A DNA stretch of 32,000 nucleotides from Nostoc punctiforme PCC 73102 (lineage in GTDB: Bacteria; Cyanobacteriota; Cyanobacteriia; Cyanobacteriales; Nostocaceae): contig NC_010628.1 in NCBI RefSeq assembly GCF_000020025.1, forward strand, positions 7,740,001 to 7,772,000, given 5' to 3'. Positions 9,196 through 16,753 of this stretch are shown piece after piece. The notes beneath the pieces were generated by a model. That model saw nothing but the letters and a program-made list of their open reading frames with translations. It ran no database searches and was not told the DNA's origin. The stretch's first letter is position 1. Every line of letters begins with the position of its first letter. Both the position numbers and the translations under genes were made by a program.

Positions 9196-9888
9196 TTGCA
9201 AGCAACAGAGATTAAGGATAAGCTAAAGTCACTTATCGAGCAAGCCTCCTCGGTAGATCATAATTTGGCGAGAAGATTAGAGGAAATCAATCGTTGGGTA
9301 AAAAATATCAAGCCAGGTTCCCTGACTGCAAAACCATTTGTCATTGCATTTCTCTTAGAGGTAATTACGGATTCTACTATTTGGCTGATAATCAAATCCT
9401 TACCTTCGGAAGAAGAACAGAAAGCAAAGTTCGAGTTGATGACACCGATTGAAAGATATTGGTATGGTTATCTATTTCCTAGATGGATTAATGCAAGTGA
9501 CTCCAAGTTTTATATTTGGAAACAAAAATTGATGGCAGGCGAATTTAATCAGGTCGATGATGATATCATTAGATCAATAGCTCAAGATGTTGTAAGTCGA
9601 GAAGGTAGTTTTTGGCAGCGTTATATCGCCGACCTCTCTATGGCAACAGACCTAATTGTTAGTAGTCGTAACAATCAACCGCTTTGCATTCAAGTTACTA
9701 GTGTCTCTGAAGAACTTAATTACCAAAAGTACCAAGCTTGGCAAAATACACTGCGATCGTGGGAAATAGAGAGAGGATTGTTCTTAAGTTATAATCCCAA
9801 GGATGCTAATTTTGTCAACCAGTTAGTCAACGTGGCCCTGTATAACAGTGATTACCTTTCTGGTGGCAAATATTTAAAATTTTCGTGA
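9196..9888 (+). CDS. Hypothetical protein (230 aa), no family recognised
   Basis: Long ORF with a TTG start and no internal ATG until ~aa 82. It is co-directional with the downstream unknown ORF and the NLR-like locus. A possible degenerate nuclease-like segment is ATDLIVSSRNNQPLCIQVTS. Confidence 0.45.
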   Translation: MQATEIKDKLKSLIEQASSVDHNLARRLEEINRWVKNIKPGSLTAKPFVIAFLLEVITDSTIWLIIKSLPSEEEQKAKFELMTPIERYWYGYLFPRWINASDSKFYIWKQKLMAGEFNQVDDDIIRSIAQDVVSREGSFWQRYIADLSMATDLIVSSRNNQPLCIQVTSVSEELNYQKYQAWQNTLRSWEIERGLFLSYNPKDANFVNQLVNVALYNSDYLSGGKYLKFS

Positions 9889-9955
9889 ACTTTAAGGAAT
9901 TTGATATTTCCGGTTTGTGTTCAGCCTACATACTTACTTGCTAATTACAGCTTTT

Positions 9956-10396
9956 ATGGCTAACAAAAGAGAAACTCACTGCAACAATCAAGTGGATACA
10001 TTTGCTGAAGCTTTAGCAACAGCGCGACAAATGCAGCAGAACTGGCTAACTTATGGGGTTGATTTTGTCAATTTTTACGTTGAAGATGTAGATGGAGACT
10101 GGCTAGAAACCTGGGGACATGACGAAATTTTAGGTAATTCTCAATTAGATGCTATTAAAGAATTTTTGGTAAGTCATGATAGTGTAGCTGTGAAGGTAAG
10201 ACAGCATTTAGGAGAGCGATCGCTGTTTGATTTTGCCGTAAACTTAGATGAATCTTGGAGAATTTCCCAAACCAATGACAGGTTATCTGCGGTAAAAAAT
10301 CTGTTAGCTGGTGAAGAACATAGTATTGATACAGATGATATTAGGTTATTGGATTTAGCAGATAATCTGGTAGTAAAATTGGCAGAGATTTTGTGA
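9956..10396 (+). CDS. Hypothetical acidic protein (146 aa from the ATG)
   Basis: ORF 9917..10396 opens with GTG, but the ATG at 9956 (MANKRETH...) is the more plausible start. The protein is acidic (DVDGDWLETWGHDE, IDTDDIRLLDLAD). No family recognised. Confidence 0.45.
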   Translation: MANKRETHCNNQVDTFAEALATARQMQQNWLTYGVDFVNFYVEDVDGDWLETWGHDEILGNSQLDAIKEFLVSHDSVAVKVRQHLGERSLFDFAVNLDESWRISQTNDRLSAVKNLLAGEEHSIDTDDIRLLDLADNLVVKLAEIL

Positions 10397-10508
10397 AATT
10401 TGAAATTATTTTGTAGTAAATTGCTTCCAGAGGCTTCTAACTCTCTGGAATCTAAACATCTGTTATTGTATCTATCAGTGAAGATGTCGCTGCATAAGGT
10501 AGGATACT

Positions 10509-10925
10509 TTGGAACCAATAACAGCTAGTGCGATCGCAACTCTCGCTTTTACTAAAGCATTTGAGAAAACCATCGAGAAATTCACTGAAGCAGCCCTTGG
10601 TAAAATGGATGAGCTGCGAAAAAAGATTTGGGGTAAATTACGAGGAAATTTGAAAGCAGAAACAGCCCTTGTTGCTGCGGAAAAAGGCTCGAAACCCGAT
10701 GTGGACAGGGTTGCTGCTTACTTGCAGATAATTTTACATGAAGAACCGGAGTTTGCTGAAGAAGTAGAAACACTGGCTCGTGAAATTGAGGCTGGTAAGA
10801 TAGTAGACAAAAGCACTATGACCCAAATCAATCAAGACAATGCCAAAGGATGGCAAACTAAGGTTGAGGGTGGAACAGTTTATCAAGGTGATATTAATAT
10901 TCATCATGCACCCCCCAATTCTTGA
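10509..10925 (+). CDS. Small helical effector-like protein (Bell/HeLo-like candidate) ending in a motif shared with the downstream NLR
   Basis: 138 aa with a TTG start. It has a hydrophobic N-terminal helix (EPITASAIATLAFTKAF) followed by charged helical sequence. The C-terminal NQDNAKGWQTKVEGGTVYQGDINIHHAP is repeated at the N-terminus of the next ORF. Its stop lies 11 nt before the next ATG. Confidence 0.6.
   Translation: MEPITASAIATLAFTKAFEKTIEKFTEAALGKMDELRKKIWGKLRGNLKAETALVAAEKGSKPDVDRVAAYLQIILHEEPEFAEEVETLAREIEAGKIVDKSTMTQINQDNAKGWQTKVEGGTVYQGDINIHHAPPNS
10830..10913 (+). repeat. Copy 1 of a duplicated 28-codon motif (C-terminus of the small ORF)
   Basis: NQDNAKGWQTKVEGGTVYQGDINIHHAP. 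The 35-nt core ggttgagggtggaacagtttatcaaggtgatatta is identical to copy 2. Confidence 0.9.
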
Positions 10926-10948
10926 AGTGAGCCATCATGAACCAAAAT

Positions 10949-11032
10949 AATCAAGGCAACGCCAAGGGATGGCAAAATCAGGTTGAGGGTGGAACAGTTT
11001 ATCAAGGTGATATTAGTATCTACAATTCCCCT
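10949..11032 (+). repeat. Copy 2 of the duplicated 28-codon motif (N-terminus of the NB-ARC/TPR protein)
   Basis: NQGNAKGWQNQVEGGTVYQGDISIYNSP. By hand alignment, 21 of 28 residues are identical to copy 1. Confidence 0.9.
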
Positions 11033-11342
11033 ACTCAGCAGTTACACTCATCTACTCCAAATAATATTCCCTCTCGCGGTGTCGCCAACTTTGTCGGGCG
11101 GGATGAGAAACTTGCAGAGGTGCATAAAAAGTTGCTGCAAAATGACAGCGCGGCAATTTTGGCTTTGGCTGCTATGGGCGGAATGGGTAAAACTGAACTG
11201 GCGACACAATACGCACAGCGCTACAAAGACAATTATCCTGGTGGGCTTTGCTGGTTAGATGCCAGAAAACCAGATTTAGCAGCAGAGATTGTAGAGTTTG
11301 CTAAGTTTTACATGAAACTAGTAGTCTGCCAAGCTAACTTTG

Positions 11343-12508
11343 CTATGTTAAATTTGGATATAAACGCTCCATTTTTCGGCGAGCATCTTTGGTTTGAAAA
11401 CCCCAATAAACACTAGCTTTTTGCTGATTACGTTTTTTCTCCCAAGCGGCAATCTCAGAAGTTAATGTTTCTGCATTAGGAATACGCCGTTCTAAACATT
11501 GGCGAGATAAAACAGATAATTCGATTTCTACCTGATTCAGCCCTTCGGGTTCGCCAGTTGCTTCAAGTCGGGGAACCCGCCCAACGCACTGGCTCACCAA
11601 GAAGCGTGTTTAGGAGTATAGTGAAACTCTAACTTTTGAATAATTCGACGTGCTTCTTCTGGTGGAAAAACTTCATATAATGCATTGGGTGTATGAATAT
11701 TCAAGTTATCAACTACTAAACGAATAACATCGGCATCTCGGTAGGAAACATCTACTAAATTTTTCATTTGTTTAGCAAAATCGGCTTTAGTTCGACGTTC
11801 TGTAACTTCGATATGCCGCCATCCAGCCAAGGGTTGAAAACATGCGAATAAATTTACTGTCCCGTACGTTATACTCAAAATCATAACGTTCAGGTTGCTC
11901 TGGCTGTGGTGGCAAAGGAAGTCTTACTTCTTCTACTAATTGGTATGGACGTTCATCAAAGCAGACTACAGGGCGTTTAGGATCATAAGGCTCATTGTAT
12001 AAATCCAGCACATCTTCCATTCGGAAAACATATTCTGCGTTAACTTCAGGAATACACCATTGTTCTTTCAACCAAGGCTTAATTTCATTTTTTTTAAAGT
12101 TTGACGTACTGTTTCATCTGAGATTGAATCTATGATACCAACGTTCACTAAATGATCTGCTAATAATTGCATTGTCCAACGCACTCTTCCTTCTGGCGGA
12201 TTAGAACAAGCTGTTGCAATCAAAAATGCTTCTTGCTTTTCATCTAATTTTTTATGTTTTGGTGGATGAACTTCATCCTTTAAAGCAAAATCTAACCCTC
12301 CAATGACAAATTTTTCTCGTATTCGTTGCACTGTTGCAACATGCGCTCTAACTATGCTAGCGATCGCTTGATCCGTTTCTCCTTCGGAAGCCATCAAAAG
12401 AATGTTTGCACGGCTTATGGTTCTTGCCTTATGCTTACCTTTCTTAATTATCGATTGCAGTTGGGAAACTTCATCTTCATTCAAGTCAACAATGTACTTT
12501 TTTGCCAT
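11343..12508 (-). pseudogene. IS630-family transposase, fragmented into four reading-frame segments
   Basis: The segments are 12068..12508 (HTH N-terminus), 11787..12071 ([12 protein letters not shown]...), 11594..11884 ([17 protein letters not shown]...DNLNIHT...FHYTPKHASW) and 11343..11600 (LNQVEIELSVLSRQCL...). Junction 1 lies at an A8 run. Junction 2 is a simple indel. Junction 3 is a 56-bp insertion. Confidence 0.85.
11541..11596. repeat. 56-bp hairpin-containing mini-insertion inside the IS630 transposase gene
   Basis: It separates the conserved ...HASW and LNQVEIE... residues, which are normally contiguous in IS630 transposases. It contains the inverted pair CGGGTTC/GAACCCG. Its length is not a multiple of 3. 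Confidence 0.6.
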
Positions 12509-13569
12509 GTTACACCCCGTTTTTGGCTATTTTACCAATTAGAGGTTTTACTTAGCAAAGTTACCTTGGTACACTACTAGAAGTACCGCAAACTTTATTG
12601 ACTTCCCAGGAACAAGCAAAATGGTGCTGGCATAATTGGCAACCACAAGCAGGACTAGTTTTAGTAGTATTGGACAATGTTGACGATCTTACTAACTGGA
12701 AAAATTGTCGGCAAATACTACCAACAAATAACCGCTTCTGTGTATTAATTACAAGTCGGTTGCGAAATCTCGGTTTAAATGTCACAGAGATAAGCTTGGA
12801 TGAACTGTCACCAGAAAAAGCTTTGAATTTGTTGACAGCTTTGTTGGGCGAAAAAGATAGGCGAGTGCAACGAGAACCAGAAACGGCAGTAAATTTATGT
12901 AAATGGCTGGGATATCTGCCTTTAGGTTTGCAATTAGTGGGCGCGTATTTGGCAGAAGATCCAAATTTATCTTTGGCAAAGATTTTACAGCAATTACCAA
13001 CTCAGCAAAAGTCTCAATTAGAAGCTGTATTTGAATTAAGCTGGCAACAACTCGATTTTATGACACAGTGTGTCGGTGAATTGTTGAGTTTATTTGCCCC
13101 AGATATCATTCCTTGGCAATTGGTTGAATCTGTCAGTCAGCAGCTAAATTGGGCGAAGGCAGATGTTGATGAGGCGAGAAAGCAACTTTATAAGCGCCAT
13201 TTAATTCAAAGCGTAGCAGAAGGAGAAAGTTGCTATAAAATTCATCCTTTAATTAGGGAGTTTTTGCAGGGTAAATTGGCAGGGTTAAACACAGGCGATG
13301 ACCTCAAAAAAGCCTTTGCCGCAGCATTAGTAAAAATTGCTCAGAAAATACCTGAATCTCTCACTCTTGAGGATATTAAGTCAGTGCAACTGGCAATTCC
13401 CCATTTAACTGAAGTGGCACAAAATCTGATTGATGCTGTGGAGGATGAAAATTTAACTTGGGTTTTCACTGGCTTGGGCAAATTCTATCAAGGTCAAGGT
13501 TTGTATACCCTAGCAGCACCTTGGTATGAGCAAGGATTATCAACGGTACAAACCCGTTTGGGAGAAGAA

Positions 13570-14073
13570 CATAGCCATGTTGCCACCAACCTTAGCTGGC
13601 TGGCAAGTCTCTACGATTTTCAAGGACGCTACGACCAAGCCGAACCCCTGTTTCTGCAAGCTTTAGAACTTTCTAAACGCCTGCTGGGAGATGCACATCC
13701 CGATGTTGCCAACAGCCTGAATTGTTTGGCAAATATCTACTATTATCAAGGACGCTACGACCAAGCCGAACCCCTGTATCTGCAAGCTTTAGAACTGAGA
13801 AAACGCCTGCTCGGAGATGCACATCCCTTAGTTGCCAACAGCCTGAATTGTTTGGCAAATCTCTACTATTCTCAAAGACGCTACGACCAAGCCGAACCCC
13901 TGTCTCTGCAAGCTTTAGAACTTTCTAAACGCCTGCTCGGAGATGCACATCCCGATGTTGCCAACAGCCTGAATTGTTTGGCAAATCTCTACTATTCTCA
14001 AGGACGCTACGAACGAGCCGAACCCCTGTATCTGCAAGCTTTAAAGATTTATAAACAGGTGTTTGGGGTAAAT
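13570..14073 (+). repeat. Four tandem 126-bp (42-codon) TPR units with very high nucleotide identity inside the NLR-like gene
   Basis: Unit boundaries lie at about 13570, 13696, 13822 and 13948. Long stretches (caaggacgctacgaccaagccgaacccctg...gcaagctttagaact...aaacgcctgct.ggagatgcacatccc...gttgccaacagcctgaattgtttggcaaat) repeat almost verbatim. Confidence 0.9.
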
Positions 14074-14239
14074 CATCCCAATACGGTTACTGTTCGGCAA
14101 AATCTAGAAAATGCTCGGGCTAATAAATAGTGTTAGCCGGACAGTTAAAAATAATGCTAATAATTCCTTGTGGAAGAAGCTTTTGGGGTTATTTGATTGA
14201 AGCGAAAGTTGTAATTATAGCAAGGAACTGGGGACACTT

Positions 14240-14420
14240 CTCTACGAGAGGCTACTTCGGCTTCGCTCAGTACTGCGCGAACGACAAGCGGTAGTTGAAT
14301 CTCGACTTCGCTCGATTTCCGCGCAGCGATGCACTGAGCTTGTCCTGAGCGTAGCCGTTGGCGCAGCCTCTAGTATAGAAGGGCGCAGTCGTTGTGTCAA
14401 AACTCAGTGCATCGCTGGGG
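14240..14420. repeat. Cluster of short dispersed-repeat (SDR-like) sequences with nested hairpins
   Basis: CTTCGGCTTCGCTCAGTAC (14255..14273) recurs at 24637..24655. The inverted pair GCGATGCACTGAG and CTCAGTGCATCGC sits at ~14326 and ~14403. No convincing ORF. Confidence 0.6.
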
Positions 14421-14483
14421 ACTGGGTGAAAAGTCTTTTTGTGTTTCGGTTTTATCCTCCTCAAATTAAAATTGAACAAAAAT

Positions 14484-14668
14484 AATAAACGACACCCCGA
14501 ATTCGATAAACGACACCCCGAATTCAATAAACAACTCCCCGAATTCAATGAACGACTCTCCGAATTCAATGAACGACTCCCCGAATTCAATGAACGACTC
14601 CCCGAATTCAATAAACGATACCCCGAATTCGATGAACGACACCCCGAATTCGATGAACAACACCCCCC
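14484..14668. repeat. Tandem array of a 21-bp unit (about 8.8 copies), each unit containing GAATTC
   Basis: Units start at 14484, 14505, 14526, 14547, 14568, 14589, 14610, 14631 and 14652 (partial). The consensus is RATRAACGACWCCCCGAATTC. An A/T-rich stretch lies just upstream. Confidence 0.95.
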
Positions 14669-14925
14669 TTATAAAGGCTACGGTGTACACACAAATCGGA
14701 GTTACTTTGATCCGGGTTTTACCCCCCTTAATCCCCTCTTGGTAAGGGGGGAAACCAGAAAATCTAGTTCCCTCCCCTTTACAAGGGGAGGGTTAGGGTG
14801 GGGTAATTCGAGGGCTGGTAGTGATTCGATAACTTGTGTGTACACCGTAGCTTTATAAGGGGAGGATTAAGGAGGGGTAAAACTTTGGTTAATCAGCTAT
14901 TTTAGACTTGTGTGTACACCGTAGC
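14667..14925. repeat. MITE-like element: ~27-bp inverted repeats enclosing G/C-rich palindromes, plus an extra copy of the terminal repeat
   Basis: CCTTATAAAGGCTACGGTGTACACACAA (14667..14694) is the reverse complement, apart from one indel, of TTGTGTGTACACCGTAGCTTTATAAGG (14834..14860). TTGTGTGTACACCGTAGC occurs again at 14908..14925. Internal palindromes include CCCCTTTACAAGGGG. Confidence 0.7.
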
Positions 14926-15288
14926 TAAAGCATCAAGGAGGGTTGGGGAGGGGTGTACCTCATGTAGTTGCAGAACACTGTATTAGCGATCAAGCTCGAT
15001 CGTTAAAGAAATATTTATAAATTCTTACCATATTTTGTTCTCATCTTCTAATTTTAGATGCGAACTGACAGCAGTCCATTGCGATTGCATTCACTAAATG
15101 TTAAAACTTTGGATGTATTGACTTATACGCAAATTACCCCACTCCCACTGCGATCGCATACATTTAACCCTCTTCAAAATGCACCACAAGCACGTTAAGC
15201 TGAATTAGAGTGACAATTTATTGCGCTTTTTAATATATAAATCTCTGTTCTTGTCAAATTTTAATTTTTTCTGCTTGAGAAACCCGGA

Positions 15289-16011
15289 ATGCTAGACCAA
15301 ATTTTTGATTACCTCGACTTTCATTTTAGCCTTGAAGCCCTTATAGTTCTGGCGATCCTGGTGCTTTTAGAGGCGCTGTTATCTGCCGACAATGCGATCG
15401 CTCTTGCTGCGATCGCAAAAGGGTTGGAAGACAAGGAACTTGAGCGTAAAGCCCTCAACTTTGGTTTAGTCGTTGCTTATGTGCTACGAATCAGCCTGAT
15501 TCTCACTGCCACTTGGGTGCAACAATTCTGGCAATTTGAATTATTGGGCGCTGCTTATCTGCTGTGGTTGGTATTTCAACACTTTACCTCAGAAGAAACT
15601 AAGGACGAACACCATCACGGGCCGCGTTTTAATTCATTGTTGCAAGCGATACCTGTGATTGCATTTACAGATTTGGCATTTTCTTTGGATAGCGTGACAA
15701 CTGCGATCGCAGTTTCTCAAGAAAAATGGCTAGTGCTGACGGGTGCAACAATTGGGATTATTACGCTGCGATTCATGGCGGGATTGTTTATCCGTTGGCT
15801 AGACGAATATGAAAACCTAGAAGACGCAGGCTATGTAACTGTAGCGTTCGTGGGCTTGCGCCTGTTGTTGAAAGTGGTGAACGATAATTTAGTTCCACCA
15901 GAATGGATCATGATTACTGCCATCTTCCTGATTTTAGGCTGGGGATTTTCCAAGCGTGTTAGCACTGAAGTGCCCCAATTAGAACCAGAAAAAAGCGAAG
16001 TCTCTAAGTAA
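15289..16011 (+). CDS. TerC-family integral membrane protein
   Basis: 240 aa and multi-pass hydrophobic. It has the TerC signatures LEALLSADNAIALAAIA and AFTDLAFSLDSV. Confidence 0.85.
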   Translation: MLDQIFDYLDFHFSLEALIVLAILVLLEALLSADNAIALAAIAKGLEDKELERKALNFGLVVAYVLRISLILTATWVQQFWQFELLGAAYLLWLVFQHFTSEETKDEHHHGPRFNSLLQAIPVIAFTDLAFSLDSVTTAIAVSQEKWLVLTGATIGIITLRFMAGLFIRWLDEYENLEDAGYVTVAFVGLRLLLKVVNDNLVPPEWIMITAIFLILGWGFSKRVSTEVPQLEPEKSEVSK

Positions 16012-16086
16012 GAATGGGGAATGGAGAATGGGGGAGAAATAACCAATACCCAATGCCCAATTCCCAATTCCCCACTCCCTAGTTTT
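16012..16086. repeat. Imperfect inverted repeat of GGGAAT(T)GG-type units between convergent genes; possible bidirectional terminator
   Basis: gaatggggaatggagaatggggg ... cccaatgcccaattcccaattcccc fills the whole gap between the terC-like and ndk stop codons. Confidence 0.5.
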
Positions 16087-16536
16087 TTACTCGTGCAACC
16101 AAGGGGTTATGTGTGGTTGCCAGTTGACTAATTCTTCATCTTTAAACCATAGGGCTATTTCCTGTTGTGCGGTTTCTGGAGCATCAGAACCGTGAATTAA
16201 GTTTCGACCAATATTGATGCCAAAATCACCGCGAATTGTTCCTGGCTCGGATGTTAAGGGGTTCGTAGCACCAATAATCTTTCTGGCAGATGCAACGACA
16301 CCATCACCTTCCCATACCATCGCTACCACTGGGCTAGAAGTGATAAATTCGACTAGACTACCAAAAAAGGGACGTTCCCGGTGAACACCATAGTGTTGTT
16401 CAGCCAGTTCTTTACTGACTTTCAAGAACTTTAAACCAACTAGGGTAAAACCTTTAGTTTCAAAGCGACGGATAATTTCCCCCACTAATCCCCGTTGTAC
16501 TCCGTCAGGCTTAATTGCTAAAAATGTACGTTCCAT
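16087..16536 (-). CDS. ndk: Nucleoside diphosphate kinase
   Basis: 149 aa. [28 protein letters not shown]......NLIHGSD (active-site His region), full length. Confidence 0.97.
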   Translation of the reverse strand: MERTFLAIKPDGVQRGLVGEIIRRFETKGFTLVGLKFLKVSKELAEQHYGVHRERPFFGSLVEFITSSPVVAMVWEGDGVVASARKIIGATNPLTSEPGTIRGDFGINIGRNLIHGSDAPETAQQEIALWFKDEELVNWQPHITPWLHE

Positions 16537-16613
16537 TGCGATCTCCCAAAGCTTAATAAAGTTTTTATTTTGTCAATTGTCATTTGTCCTTTGTCTTAAG
16601 TCTAAGAATTTTG

Positions 16614-16658
16614 CACTAATGACCAATGACTAATGACCAATGACTCTTGACCAATCAG
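16614..16658. repeat. STRR-like heptamer repeats (TGACCAA/TGACTAA units) in the ndk-speA divergent intergenic region
   Basis: actaatgaccaatgactaatgaccaatgactcttgaccaatcag. TGACCAA is the complement of the TTGGTCA STRR unit known from heterocystous cyanobacteria. Confidence 0.7.
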
Positions 16659-16753
16659 AGTTTATCTCAGAAATTATCCTTGGGTGCATATACGTTCCCA
16701 AATGAATGCGTTAAATTGTTAAGTCGTGGGCGAAAAACAGAGGTTAGGAAGAA

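Larger units (their letters stand above)
11321..12577 (-). mobile_element. IS630-family insertion sequence (about 1257 bp) flanked by a TA target duplication
   Basis: The terminal inverted repeats are GTAGTCTGCCAAGCTAACTTTGCTATG (11321..) and the reverse complement of 12551..12577, GTAGTGTACCAAGGTAACTTTGCTAAG. They match at 23 of 27 positions. TA lies at 11319-11320 and at 12578-12579. The transposase reading frames are internal. Confidence 0.85.
10937..14130 (+). pseudogene. NB-ARC (STAND/NLR-like) ATPase with C-terminal TPR sensor repeats, interrupted by an IS630 element
   Basis: The 5' part (10937..11320) carries the Walker A motif GMGGMGKTELA. The 3' part (12580..14130) carries Walker B (LVLVVLDNVDD), ITSR, a GLPL-like motif (LGYLPLGLQLVG) and at least 5 TPR units. 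Deleting 11321..12579 joins the two parts in frame (...FAKFYMKL-EVPQTLLTSQEQAKW...). Confidence 0.85.

Noticed and set aside
11321-11416. The last ~32 codons of ORF 10937..11416 (VVCQANFAMLNLDINAPFFGEHLWFENPNKH)
   Set aside because: This is read-through from the interrupted NLR gene into the IS630 terminal repeat, not native coding sequence. The true continuation is at 12580.
14267-14858. Four overlapping ORFs (65-139 aa) with periodic peptides (PEFNERL, NSGSRSL, FIEFGVS, MNDSPNS)
   Set aside because: They are artefacts of the 21-bp (7-codon) tandem repeat, which keeps all frames open on both strands. They overlap one another and have no start or RBS context.
14940-15288. Possible yybP-ykoY (Mn) riboswitch in the long leader of the TerC-family gene
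   Set aside because: TerC genes are often riboswitch-controlled. However, I could not find the conserved GGGGAGUAG and AGCAAGACC-type cores in either strand of this region. A covariance-model scan (Rfam RF00080) would settle it.
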